Shown here: positions 1 through 10,230 of the stretch, in pieces
Layout: each line of letters opens with the position of its first letter
Position numbering within the stretch: the stretch's first letter is position 1
Assembly: GCA_963845065.1 (NCBI GenBank)
Contig: CAWJQQ010000005.1
Location: 353,542-417,541 of the forward strand
DNA: 64,000 nt
DNA from: Nitrospirota bacterium
GTDB taxonomy: Bacteria; Nitrospirota; UBA9217
Reading direction: 5' to 3'
Program-made: the position numbers and the translations under genes
The notes under the pieces: generated by a model
The model's database searches: none
Seen by the model: only the letters and a program-made list of their open reading frames with translations
Told to the model about the DNA's origin: nothing

Positions 1-50
1 GGGGGAACGTCCTAGCCCCAGAAAACTGACTTCTAGACACTATTTTTTAG

Positions 51-502
51 GCAGCCAGCGCGGGAAACCACACATAATTTAGCCGCGGGATAAAAGCGCT
101 GAACCTGCATAGATGACAAATGTATACTACTATGATATCAATGTACCCATGCTTCATTGCAGGGAAACGGTTCCCTGCTCTGGTTTGCTGAAATCAAAAG
201 TATGGGGTTCTGGCAAGAAGGTTGCCAGGTAAAACTTTTTACCCGGAAAGACTAGTACACTGTCAAACTAATTCTTGATGGTATTTCACTCAGTTTGTTT
301 GTCACCCCGGCATTTTTTTAGCAGGAAAGACGGCGCGGAACTATCAATAACTAAATTGACGGTGTACTAGTTCCACACAATCGTGATTCGAATGGCAGGG
401 GCGTCCGACCATTGGAAGAGGAACCGTAGGACTTCCAAAGTTTCTGGCAGCAGTTCACCTGTATCCGGAATCCCACATGCTTTAGCGTTGGGAGTACGTC
501 AA
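51..502 (+). mobile_element. Non-autonomous IS200/IS605 (IS1341-like) derivative: left end, decayed tnpB 3' remnant/omega-RNA region, right end
   Basis: LE follows TTTAG (46-50): GCAGCCAGCGCGGG-AAAC-imperfect hairpin-GGGATAAAAGCGC. The internal remnant encodes HNRDSN, resembling the TnpB HDRDxN motif. RE GAATCCCACATGCTTTAGCGTTGGGAGTACGTCAA ends at 502. Confidence 0.75.
256..366. mobile_element. MITE with ~11-bp terminal inverted repeats and CTAG target duplication, nested in the IS605 derivative
   Basis: CTAG|TACACTGTCAA ... TTGACGGTGTA|CTAG, with CTAG at 252-255 and 367-370. Confidence 0.65.
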
Positions 503-1629
503 TAGAACAGCATAAATCGCCGCGTCTGTATATTCAAGAGCAATCCGATAGCAAGGAAGGTAGTAATGATAGATGTGCCACCGTAACTAACAAGCGGAAG
601 AGGCACGCCGACGACCGGCACGATGCCCAATGCCATGCCCACGTTAATGAATATGTAGAGCGAGATCATGCCTACTATGCCGCCTGCCATGAGAACGCCG
701 AGGCGGTCTTTTGCGTTCTTCGCCGTGTCCACCCCCACGAGAAGGAAGATTAAATAGAGCAGGATCAACACCCCCGAGCCGACCAGTCCCATTTCCTCGG
801 CAATGACTGCGAAAATAAAGTCTGTATGTCGCTCCGGTAGAAATGCCATTTGGCTCTGTGTTCCTTGCAGGTACCCCTTGCCCGTGATCTGGCCCGATCC
901 GACTGCAATTTTCGACTGGTTAGCATGGTATCCGCTTCCGAGGGGATCGGAGCTTGGGTCGATAAACGACCTGATCCTGTTTTGTTGATAGGGTTTGAAC
1001 CCCCCCCAAATCTTGTGGCGCACCGGCTGAACAAACAGGATAAGCGAAACAATGACCGCGGCGCTGACCATGACGATCAAGACCGATCGTAGGCGAATGC
1101 CCGCGAGAACGATAATGATGGAAGACGTCAGGAGCAGTATCAACGCTGTGCCAAGATCAGGCTGCTTGAGTACCAGTATCAGAGGAACCAGAACCATGGC
1201 ACCGGGAATGGCCAGGTCGCTGAGGCCGTAGCCGCCTCGACGGGGGTCCTCTGCAAAGTATCGAGCTAAAGCAAGCGTGAGTGATAGCTTGGTGAGCTCA
1301 GAGGGCTGAAAGGCAAATGGACCGATAGCCAGCCACCGCTGCGCACCCATGCCACTCTTTCCGATTACCATGACGAGTATTAGCAGAAAAAGAGAGATCG
1401 CATACATGACATACGCATAACGTCCTACGGTGTGATAATCTATAATGAGAGTGAATAACATGACGATTATGCCCATGGACACCCACATAATCTGCTTATA
1501 GTAGAGAGGCGAAGGCCCCATGGATGTATAGGTTGCGCTGTAGACGGCGGCAAGACCGACAAATGTAATGCCAAATATGATGCAGACCATGCCCCAGGGC
1601 AGATTAGTGAACCATCTTTGATTCATCAT
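499..1629 (-). CDS. rodA: Rod shape-determining protein RodA (SEDS glycosyltransferase)
   Basis: Motifs GAQRW, QPSELTK, QPDLGTA, LPERHTDFIF, LPLVSYGG; lies downstream of mrdA. Confidence 0.97.
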   Translation of the reverse strand: MMNQRWFTNLPWGMVCIIFGITFVGLAAVYSATYTSMGPSPLYYKQIMWVSMGIIVMLFTLIIDYHTVGRYAYVMYAISLFLLILVMVIGKSGMGAQRWLAIGPFAFQPSELTKLSLTLALARYFAEDPRRGGYGLSDLAIPGAMVLVPLILVLKQPDLGTALILLLTSSIIIVLAGIRLRSVLIVMVSAAVIVSLILFVQPVRHKIWGGFKPYQQNRIRSFIDPSSDPLGSGYHANQSKIAVGSGQITGKGYLQGTQSQMAFLPERHTDFIFAVIAEEMGLVGSGVLILLYLIFLLVGVDTAKNAKDRLGVLMAGGIVGMISLYIFINVGMALGIVPVVGVPLPLVSYGGTSIITTFLAIGLLLNIQTRRFMLFY

Positions 1630-3412
1630 TCTTTAAATACTCCTCAATGACTTTTCGTGCAATGGGCGCAGCCGCGCTGCCGCCGTGAACACCGTGCTCG
1701 ACAATAACGGCCACGGCAATTTTAGGATGATCGAACGGCGCGTAGCCGATGAACCAGGCGTGATCCGCCGCATTCTTCGCCAGCACCCTTCCTCGAACTT
1801 TCTGAGCGACGACCTGGGATGAGCCGGTCTTGCCCGCAACGATAGTAAGGGGCGTCTGGGCCCCGTGGCCGGTGCCTCCCGGTTCATTGACCACGCCAGC
1901 CAGGGCGGTGCGCACTGCCTCGAGTGCTTTCGGGTCGAGGGTGACGTTAGTTACATGGTCAGAAGTGAAAGTTTTGACTACACCGGTCTCCCGATTCCTC
2001 GTTTGTTTAAGTAGTATGGGGCGGTGCAAATGGCCACCGTTCGCGATGGCGCTTATCATCTCGCAAGCTTGGATCGGGCTGACCAGAACGAAACCCTGAC
2101 CTATAGAATTGATATATGTGTCTCCGGCATACCACGGTTCGCCCGTCTGCTTTTTCTTCCACTCGACTGTGGGAATGAGACCTGGTTTTTCGTCGGGCAG
2201 AAGGATGCCGGTCAGACTGCCGTATCCAAGTTTCTTTGCGTACTCGGCAATACGATCCCATCCGATCCGTTCACCCATGGTATAGAAATAAACGTCGCAG
2301 GATTCAACGATGGCCTGGTGTAATGATACCGGCCCATGACCATCCTTCTTCCAGCATCGGAAAATGCGGTGACCGATTTTGATCGACCCTTTGCATGTGA
2401 TTTTTTCGTCCGGATTGATTATCCCCGACTCCAGGCCGGCAAGGGCAACGATAATCTTGAATGTTGAGCCGGGAGGATAAACGCTCTGGATCGCCCTATT
2501 ATAAAGCGGATGCACGGGATCATTTGTCAGGCGGATCCAGTCCTTGGGAGAGATTCCTCTGGGAAAGAGGTTCGGATCGTACGTGGGGTGGCTCGCGATC
2601 GCGAGAATCTCTCCGGTGTTCGGGTCCATGGCCACGACGGCGCCGGCACGCTCGCCGAGTCCTTCTTCTGCGACCTTTTGGACGTCGAGGTCGAGTGTAA
2701 GATAGATATCTGTGCCGGGCTTCGGCTCCTCAATCCCGAGATCTTTCACTTTTCGCCCGGCGGCGTTCACCTGAATCATCCGCCTGCCCGCGATGCCGCG
2801 CAGCAGCTTGTCGTAGATCTTCTCGAGCCCGCTCTGGCCAATCAGTAGACCGATGTCCGGCTGCTGTTTCCGCTGGTTCTGCGCCACCTTGCCAATATAG
2901 CCGAGTTGATGAGAGGCGAGTCCATCGTAGGGGTAATGTCTGCGGTGTTCCGGCTCGATGATCGTGCCGGGAAGATCTTCCTGGTGCGCTTCGACGAGCG
3001 CCACTTCGTCCCAAGGCGCCTCCTCCCGGATTTTGACCGGATCGTATTTAGTTCTTATCGGCGCGGCGTCATCCAGCGCCGCACGGATCGACTCCGGGGT
3101 GACCTTGAGCATAGCCGAGAGCTTGTCGACTGTCGCGTTCAGATCCGGCGTATCCTCTGGTACGAGCGAAATGTCGAACGTAAGGACGTTTTCTACGATC
3201 GGCCTGCCGTTGCGGTCGTAAATAATGCCACGCGGTGGCCTGAGTTTTACCGGCCTTATGCGGTTGCTCTCTGCCTGCTCATAGTAATACTCTCCCTTGA
3301 CCACCTGAAGGTACCAAAGCCGGATGAAGAGAGCCAGCGTAAAGAGGATTATATAAATCGCCAGTATGGGAAGTCTTTTCTGTATATCGATCGGGCCTTC
3401 TTGCTGGTTCAA
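1604..3412 (-). CDS. mrdA: Penicillin-binding protein 2
   Basis: PPGSTFK (SxxK), SCD, KTG motifs; N-terminal transmembrane helix; operon context. Confidence 0.97.
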   Translation of the reverse strand: MNQQEGPIDIQKRLPILAIYIILFTLALFIRLWYLQVVKGEYYYEQAESNRIRPVKLRPPRGIIYDRNGRPIVENVLTFDISLVPEDTPDLNATVDKLSAMLKVTPESIRAALDDAAPIRTKYDPVKIREEAPWDEVALVEAHQEDLPGTIIEPEHRRHYPYDGLASHQLGYIGKVAQNQRKQQPDIGLLIGQSGLEKIYDKLLRGIAGRRMIQVNAAGRKVKDLGIEEPKPGTDIYLTLDLDVQKVAEEGLGERAGAVVAMDPNTGEILAIASHPTYDPNLFPRGISPKDWIRLTNDPVHPLYNRAIQSVYPPGSTFKIIVALAGLESGIINPDEKITCKGSIKIGHRIFRCWKKDGHGPVSLHQAIVESCDVYFYTMGERIGWDRIAEYAKKLGYGSLTGILLPDEKPGLIPTVEWKKKQTGEPWYAGDTYINSIGQGFVLVSPIQACEMISAIANGGHLHRPILLKQTRNRETGVVKTFTSDHVTNVTLDPKALEAVRTALAGVVNEPGGTGHGAQTPLTIVAGKTGSSQVVAQKVRGRVLAKNAADHAWFIGYAPFDHPKIAVAVIVEHGVHGGSAAAPIARKVIEEYLKNDESKMVH

Positions 3413-3413
3413 C

Positions 3414-3926
3414 CTACAGCTCCTTTTGAATATCCCGCCGCTTTAGCATAGTGAGGACTTTTTTCTTTATTACCAGGTGCAACATGAGGAAACCAAATAA
3501 GCCAGTATAAAGGGCTTGCGGGACTATGCGCCTTGCTATGAGGCTGATGAAGGGGACGGCCCCGGACGTTGTTTGCAGGAAAAGAGAAATATAAATTCCC
3601 TCAGCTACGCTGAAAACGACGAGAAAAAGAACTATTGTTGGACTTTCAATGTCAAGGACTCTTCTGCCGAGCAGGCCTGCTATAAGCCCGATAATGCCCC
3701 GTGAAAGGCCGGTGAAGCCGAGCAAGCTGGCCGAACCGATGTCTTGAATCAGGCCTATAGCGATGCCCACCAAGGCACCTTCTACCGGGCCTGCTACTAG
3801 GCCGACTACAAAGATGAAGGCGAGTGCAAGGTCGGGCCTGATACCGCCAAGGGTCAGGGGAGCTAGCAGGCTGGCCTGTAAGGGGATGATCAGCAGCAGA
3901 ACAAGGAAATAAACTAATGGTTTCAT
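3414..3926 (-). CDS. mreD: Rod shape-determining protein MreD
   Basis: Hydrophobic 170 aa protein with IRPDL and GLIQD motifs, between mreC and mrdA. Confidence 0.9.
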   Translation of the reverse strand: MKPLVYFLVLLLIIPLQASLLAPLTLGGIRPDLALAFIFVVGLVAGPVEGALVGIAIGLIQDIGSASLLGFTGLSRGIIGLIAGLLGRRVLDIESPTIVLFLVVFSVAEGIYISLFLQTTSGAVPFISLIARRIVPQALYTGLFGFLMLHLVIKKKVLTMLKRRDIQKEL

Positions 3927-4729
3927 TTCGTAAGCACCAGTACTTCTTCGAGGCGGGATAAACGAACTGAAGGCACCGCGACCACGGTCTGGAACGGATT
4001 GGCTTCGCGCTTTGTCACTTTTACAACGGTCGCTACAGCTAGTCCTTTCGGGTAGATCCCGTCGAGGCCTGAGGTGACCAGAAGGTCTCCCGCCTGGATG
4101 TCCGCATAATAGGAAACATATTTGAGGGCGCAGTTGATCAGCTTGCCTTCAAGTAACCCTTCTTCGCGATTTCGCTGGACCCTAACGGCAAGCGTGCTTC
4201 CAGGATCCGTGAGCAGAAGAACCTTTGATGTTCCAGGAAGAACCGCTTGGATCTTTCCCACAACGCCGGCCGATGTAATGACCGCCATGTCTTTTCGAAT
4301 GCCGCTATCCGATCCTTTGTTGATGGTCATGGTGCTTGATGCAGGAGAGATATCCTTGCCTATTACCTCGACCATGATCGTGGAAAGCGGTTGGAGTTTC
4401 CGGAAATCCAGAGACGCGCGCAGCCGATCATTCTCGAGAAGGAGTTCGTTCAAGATGGAGTTGTCAAGTCGCAGGTGCTCAACTTCTTCCTTGAGGCGTT
4501 GGTTCTCCTGGTCGGTGTGCACGAGGAAACCATACCAGGAACCGACTTCTTCCACTGCATTAAAAGACCCGGTTATGATCCGTTCAAAAAAACCGGATAC
4601 GGCCAGAACCGGTCTTTCCAGAAAGAGGAATCTTCCGTTTTTGACCTGCACAGTGAGCAGCCAGAACAGAACTACGAAGAGGAAGATTATGAAGATGTAT
4701 TTTCTATTTTCCGAAACGAAGCCAGGCAT
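3923..4729 (-). CDS. mreC: Rod shape-determining protein MreC
   Basis: TM helix, coiled coil (ENxRL), INKGSDSG, VTSGLDGIYPKG. Confidence 0.95.
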   Translation of the reverse strand: MPGFVSENRKYIFIIFLFVVLFWLLTVQVKNGRFLFLERPVLAVSGFFERIITGSFNAVEEVGSWYGFLVHTDQENQRLKEEVEHLRLDNSILNELLLENDRLRASLDFRKLQPLSTIMVEVIGKDISPASSTMTINKGSDSGIRKDMAVITSAGVVGKIQAVLPGTSKVLLLTDPGSTLAVRVQRNREEGLLEGKLINCALKYVSYYADIQAGDLLVTSGLDGIYPKGLAVATVVKVTKREANPFQTVVAVPSVRLSRLEEVLVLTK

Positions 4730-4745
4730 TACATTGCTGCTTTCC

Positions 4746-5771
4746 CTACATCATGACTTTTTTTAGAATTTGTTCATCATCGAGAACCTTGCCAGCGCCG
4801 AGGGCAACGCACGTAAGGGGGTCCTCGGCGATGATGATGGGAAGCGAAGTTTCTTCGCGGAGGAATACATCCATGCCTTTAAGCAAAGCGCCGCCACCTG
4901 CGAGGACAATGCCTTTATCGACGATGTCTGCCGATAGTTCAGGCGGCGTGTTCTCGAGCGCTTGTTTGATGCCGTTCAGGATCTGGCTGACAGGCTCGGC
5001 GAGTGCCTCACGCACTTCGTCGTCATCGAGGATGAGCGTTTTCGGGATGCCGGACACGAGGTCGCGCCCTTTTATTTCCATGGTCTGCCGGTTCGTGTCC
5101 ACTTTGTAAGCTGAACCGAGTTCCAACTTGATTGATTCTGCCATCATTTCACCGATGAGCAAGTTATACTTGCGCTTAATGTAGTTGATAATTGCTTCGT
5201 CCATTTTATCGCCACCAACTCGGATGGCCTTGCTGTACACGACGCCGTCCATGGAGATAACGGCGATGTCGGTTGTACCACCACCGATATCGACGATCAT
5301 GTTTCCCGACGGCTCGGAGATCGGCAAGCCGGTCCCGATCGCGGCAGCCACCGGCTCCTCGATCAGGTAGACATCGCGGCCGCCCGAAGAAATGGCCGCG
5401 TCTTTCACGGCGCGCTGCTCCACTTGGGTGATGCCTGAGGGAACGCCGATGACGATGCGGGGTCGCATGAACGACTTCCGGTTATGGACGCGCTGAATGA
5501 AGTACTTGAGCATTTCACCGGTATAGTCGAAATCGGAGATGACTCCGTCCTTGATAGGACGGATCGTTTTGACATCTCCGGGCGTCCTGCCGAGCATCCG
5601 CTTCGCTTCGGAACCTACGGCAAGGACTTTGCCCGTTTTTGCAGATATTGCGACGACCGAAGGTTCATTGCAGACAATTCCCTTCCCTTTGACGTACACC
5701 AGGGTGTTGGCCGTGCCAAGGTCAATAGCCATGTCGTTAGAAAACCAGCCCATGATGGTATTGATAAACAT
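4746..5771 (-). CDS. mreB: Actin-like protein MreB
   Basis: [30 protein letters not shown]. Confidence 0.98.
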   Translation of the reverse strand: MFINTIMGWFSNDMAIDLGTANTLVYVKGKGIVCNEPSVVAISAKTGKVLAVGSEAKRMLGRTPGDVKTIRPIKDGVISDFDYTGEMLKYFIQRVHNRKSFMRPRIVIGVPSGITQVEQRAVKDAAISSGGRDVYLIEEPVAAAIGTGLPISEPSGNMIVDIGGGTTDIAVISMDGVVYSKAIRVGGDKMDEAIINYIKRKYNLLIGEMMAESIKLELGSAYKVDTNRQTMEIKGRDLVSGIPKTLILDDDEVREALAEPVSQILNGIKQALENTPPELSADIVDKGIVLAGGGALLKGMDVFLREETSLPIIIAEDPLTCVALGAGKVLDDEQILKKVMM

Positions 5772-5902
5772 TGTATATAAAAACTCCTTTCAATTGTGAC
5801 TATAACTCTGCGAGGTGTGGATGCTGCCGACATTTTGTTTCCAACAGGCCGTCTTTACGCAGTAAGTCGAACAAAGCCCGAACGAAATGCGTTCAAGAAA
5901 CT

Positions 5903-6388
5903 TTATTCGTGCTCTTTTTGTTGTGCTGTTGCACCGAATGTCGATCCCTCAGAACGACGATCCCGCTCGTGAGCCATAGCAGCTGCTTTTGCAGCATCCT
6001 GAACAACGATGGTCCTTGCCAACATGTCCCCGATGCGCATACCCCGTTCGTCGCCGATAGCAACCAGGCATTCCATGCCAATCATGAGGGGGCACAGAAT
6101 CCAGCCAGCGTATGGTATTAAGAACAAGATATAGGCGACGGCAAGCGGAACATTTCTGATGATCGATTCACGGTAGGTCACCGGAGGCCCAGTATCCTCC
6201 GACGAGGTCACCTGAAGGCCGATGAGCTTTTTCCCAATGCTTTTTCTATCGAATAGGCCGTCCCGGACGAGAATGTATCCCGCGGCGGACAAAAAACCGA
6301 CTACATCCGGCAGCCTGGCCAGACCGATGATGAGCAGGAGGTCGACAAAACCTGCAACAGCTCTGGTTGTACGGTCTGCTCTTATCAA
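5903..6388 (-). CDS. RDD family membrane protein
   Basis: R-x-x-A-x-x-VD N-terminus, SIGKKLIGLQV, RIGDMLA; TTG start after AAGGAG. Confidence 0.85.
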   Translation of the reverse strand: MIRADRTTRAVAGFVDLLLIIGLARLPDVVGFLSAAGYILVRDGLFDRKSIGKKLIGLQVTSSEDTGPPVTYRESIIRNVPLAVAYILFLIPYAGWILCPLMIGMECLVAIGDERGMRIGDMLARTIVVQDAAKAAAMAHERDRRSEGSTFGATAQQKEHE

Positions 6389-6737
6389 GGACTCTCCTTA
6401 GTCTAAGCATACTATCAGAATAACAATGCGATTTCAAGCCAAAAAAGGCAAGGGATGCCTTATACAACTGCTGCAGTACCCTTGATAGGCATCAGCGGAG
6501 TAGCCTTCCGAAGCCGTGCCCAATCCAGATCAGTTAGCAATACAAGTAATTTACGAAATAGGTACAGGGAAACAAAAGAGTCCGAACGAAGAAAATGAGC
6601 TAGAGCTTTATTGCACCGAAAGGTGTATATTAAAAAAAAATAAACAGAAAGATTTAAATCCAGTTGCCTCCTTTGTAATCCGAAATAGAGGGCAAATACA
6701 TTAGTGATAAAATTCCGCGAGATAAGGGAAGGATTAT

Positions 6738-7145
6738 ATGCTTGAAAAGCGTTCGGCAGGTGAGAATGTCTCGGCATATTGTACCAAATGCAGATTGATC
6801 AGGGATCATGTCATCGCAGCGATGGCAGGAGATGGGGAAGCGATCGAGAAGGTAAAATGCAGGACCTGCGGAAGCGCGCATAAATATCGGCCTACTGCAG
6901 ATGTCAAGTCAGGAAAAGCCATAAAAAAAAAGGAAGACGCTATCAAGACGGCCGAACTATTGTGGGAATCCTGCTTGGCCGAAGCGATTGGCAAAGAGCG
7001 CATCTATGAGATGTCCGGGAAGTACCGTATCGGAGATGTCGTCCTCCACAATACGTTTGGGAAGGGCATAGTCCGGAAGATCTACTTAAATAAATGCGAC
7101 GTACTTTTTAAAGACAAAGAACGGCTGATGGCATCGACGAATTGA
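6738..7145 (+). CDS. Hypothetical protein: Zn-ribbon plus C-terminal Tudor-like (HxxFGxG) domain
   Basis: CTKC...H and CRTC...H; YRIGDVVLHNTFGKGIV. Confidence 0.75.
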   Translation: MLEKRSAGENVSAYCTKCRLIRDHVIAAMAGDGEAIEKVKCRTCGSAHKYRPTADVKSGKAIKKKEDAIKTAELLWESCLAEAIGKERIYEMSGKYRIGDVVLHNTFGKGIVRKIYLNKCDVLFKDKERLMASTN

Positions 7146-7266
7146 AAATTCTTTTTTGCCGCAGAATGGCACCGCACTTTCTACAAGAGGAGCGGGCGGT
7201 GTACTTCGCGTCCTGTCCACATCGCCTTCGTGGCGAAGTCATCTGAGCACTTATCCCACCACCCCA

Positions 7267-8415
7267 ATGATCACATCAAAAATTCTCATCACCTGCCCAA
7301 AAGGCATTCCTCCATTCCTGAAACAAGAACTGCTTTCCCTCGATTTTCCGGTCCTTACCGAGCAGATTGCTGGCGTGGAAACAGCAGGTACGCTTGATGA
7401 TACCCTGCTGCTCAATCTGCATATCCGTACAGGGCATCGTGTCCTTTATCTCATTCGAGAATTTAAGGCGAAGAACCCGGACGATCTCTATCAGAGTCTC
7501 TACGGCCTGAGCTGGGAGGAATTCATTCCCGAAGATGGCTATCTGTGCGTGACCTCGAGCGTTGATACGTCGAGCATTAGCGATTCGCGCTTCGCTTCGC
7601 TCCGATGCAAGGACGCCATTGTCGACCGGATCAGGACAAAACAGGGCAAAAGACCAGACTCCGGTCCTGAGCGCAACAGGTCGGTGGTTCATCTCTACTG
7701 GAAAGACGACCGCGTCGCTGTATATCTTGACACCTCGGGCGAGCCACTCTCGCGCCGCGGATACAGGAAGATGCCGCTCGAAGCTCCGATGCAGGAGACG
7801 CTTGCGGCAGCAGTCGTGCTCGCGACGGGATGGGATGGCAGCACGAACTTTATCAACCCCATGTGCGGCAGCGGCACGCTCGCAATTGAGGCAGCCCTTA
7901 TTGGCCTGAACCGGGCGCCAGGGGTTTTACGCAATAACTTCGGATTCATGCATATCAAAGGGTTCAAAGAAACGCTCTGGAATGATTTGCGTGGAAAAGC
8001 AAAGCAGGACGCGCAAAAAAACGTTACAGGAAAAATCATCGCTAGTGACATTAATCCCGCTGCCGTCGAGGTCGCTAGAAAAAATGCGGCAACAGCGGGC
8101 GTGGAACATCTCATTGAGTTTGGGGTGTGTAACTTCTCAGATACGGCTGTGCCAGAAGGCCGGGGAGTCATTGTTTTGAATCCCGCGTATGGTGAACGCA
8201 TGGGCGAAGTCACCCGACTTGCCGAGGTATATAATGGCATCGGCAATTTTTTCAAACAAAAATGCAAAGGTTATCGTGGATATGTTTTTACCGGCAATTC
8301 CATGCTCGCGAAGCAGGTAAAGTTGAAAGCCACGAAAAATCTTCAGTTCTTTAATAGTGGCATCGAGTGCAGACTGTTCGAGTATGAGTTATATGAAGGC
8401 AGCAGAAAGAGATAG
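7267..8415 (+). CDS. THUMP-domain RNA methyltransferase (RlmL-like)
   Basis: PLSRRGYR, EAPMQETLAAA, NPMCGSGTL, NPAYGER; start taken at ATG 7267. Confidence 0.9.
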   Translation: MITSKILITCPKGIPPFLKQELLSLDFPVLTEQIAGVETAGTLDDTLLLNLHIRTGHRVLYLIREFKAKNPDDLYQSLYGLSWEEFIPEDGYLCVTSSVDTSSISDSRFASLRCKDAIVDRIRTKQGKRPDSGPERNRSVVHLYWKDDRVAVYLDTSGEPLSRRGYRKMPLEAPMQETLAAAVVLATGWDGSTNFINPMCGSGTLAIEAALIGLNRAPGVLRNNFGFMHIKGFKETLWNDLRGKAKQDAQKNVTGKIIASDINPAAVEVARKNAATAGVEHLIEFGVCNFSDTAVPEGRGVIVLNPAYGERMGEVTRLAEVYNGIGNFFKQKCKGYRGYVFTGNSMLAKQVKLKATKNLQFFNSGIECRLFEYELYEGSRKR

Positions 8416-8759
8416 AAACTAAAGTTACCGCTATTTTAATCTCCATCTATATTCTAACGGTCGCTTCTCGACGTTCCCTCCGTCTTTGAACGGTATACCA
8501 GAAAAATACCCTTACCTGGTGATTTACTTCGAATTTATACCACTACACAATAATGTCACCAGCAGATAATTCTTTATCACTGATGTTGTAAGCAGTGGCA
8601 GAGTCCTTCAAGTCCGAGCGAGAGATTCATAATAAAGCCTTTGTTGCAAGCAGTTTCTTAGGCTGGGCAATAAACGTAAGAGTTGAAAGATGTCTGTTAG
8701 CGTGAGTAAGTTGGAACGAATGCCGGGCTATCTTTTGACAATCAATCTAAAAAGGTGGT

Positions 8760-9384
8760 GTGATGCACCATGTGATAATCGGCGGCAGCGTCCCGGGAAT
8801 TTCAGCAGCCGAAGCGATACAACAATATGATGCTTCAGCCGAGACTATCATGCTGTCTTCAGAACGCGTCAGACCTTATTCCCGTCCTATGATAGCATCA
8901 ATTATTGGAAAAGATGACGTCAACATTTTTTTACGTGACAATCCAATTGAGAACCCTCGTATTCGAGCTCTCCAAGAAGAGGTGCTTGGCCTCGATGTCT
9001 CTTCAAAAGAGGCCATACTTTCTTCTGGACGCAGGTTAGGTTACTATAAACTATTGATTGCAACGGGTCGCGATGCGCCTATACCCGGTTCCATTCCAGG
9101 GTTACAAGGCTCCGACGTATTTACACTTCGTATCAGTGAGAATGCACACAACCTTCAAGACGCTGTCGGAGAGGGGAAACGTCGTCGTGCTGGGAGGCGG
9201 ATTTGTGGGTATCTAGGCCGCTCTCGCGCTGAAACGTCTTCTTCTTAACGTGACAATCATTGAGAAGCTTAATCGGATATTATTTGAAAAGCTCGATAAT
9301 CGAGGATCATCGATTATTGCCGACTTGTTAAAGCGCCAGGATATCATATCCTCCCCTGGGGTGATCCAATGAATTCTCCTTAAA
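8760..9384 (+). pseudogene. FAD-dependent pyridine nucleotide-disulfide oxidoreductase, frameshifted and truncated
   Basis: HVIIGGS and LLIATG; the second Rossmann motif VVVLGGGFVGI lies in another frame near 9180 and is followed by TAG. Confidence 0.8.
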
Positions 9385-10197
9385 TTAGTGCGCTCTGTTC
9401 AGCACCATACCCGCTAGGATCATAAAAATTACACAATCTGCAATAACATGGACTGCCCATGGGGCCAGCATTCCTTGGCTGCGGCGACGTAAACTTCCCA
9501 GCATGATGCCATAAATAACCGTCATCATCACTCCCAACGTGCCGTTTGGAAAACCTTCTCGAAAGTGTAATGCACCGAAAAGCCAGGCTTGAACAAGAAG
9601 GGATAGAAACCCAGACCCTGCCGCGCTATCAAGTGCCTGTAAAATGATGCCGCGGTACACGAATTCTTCAATGGCAGCATTTCCGAGAGAAAATACCAAT
9701 CCCGCGAATGGGAACATCCAGACTGACATGTGTGGGAAGTGTGATAGTTGGACTGTCAGGTCGGGCCCGATCGCTCGGTACCATGCAGACAAGGCGATAC
9801 AGGATATAATGACAATGAACAACCCGAGAAGTATAACGTCCCTGTTGAGGCGTCCGATGTGCATGTAGCATATGGTGGAACGCAGTTTCGGCACGGCGAG
9901 AGCAAGAGCACAATAACCGAGAAGGGGGATGAGCAAAAGAAAAGGCCACCCGTGCAGCGATGGAAGCACATAAGACGCGGTGACAAAGGCTGTAGTAAAC
10001 CAAGTCAGATGAAACGCCTGGAGTTGGCGTAACAGGACCGATGCGGCAAGAAGAACAAAAGACAGAGCTACAACCCATATGCTGGCTCGGTCCGAGAATG
10101 AAACAATGGTAAGGATAAACGTAGCTGCGAATATTATAATGATACCGCGCAGACTCGAGCGGGGTGGAGGATGGATTAGCCGGGAAGAGGCCTTCAT
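9385..10197 (-). CDS. CPBP (CAAX/Abi) family intramembrane metalloprotease
   Basis: EEFVYRG, FGALH and HVIAD motifs; multiple TM helices. Confidence 0.9.
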   Translation of the reverse strand: MKASSRLIHPPPRSSLRGIIIIFAATFILTIVSFSDRASIWVVALSFVLLAASVLLRQLQAFHLTWFTTAFVTASYVLPSLHGWPFLLLIPLLGYCALALAVPKLRSTICYMHIGRLNRDVILLGLFIVIISCIALSAWYRAIGPDLTVQLSHFPHMSVWMFPFAGLVFSLGNAAIEEFVYRGIILQALDSAAGSGFLSLLVQAWLFGALHFREGFPNGTLGVMMTVIYGIMLGSLRRRSQGMLAPWAVHVIADCVIFMILAGMVLNRAH

Positions 10198-10230
10198 GGG
10201 AAATCACCAGTCATGCAGGCGGTTGTTTAA

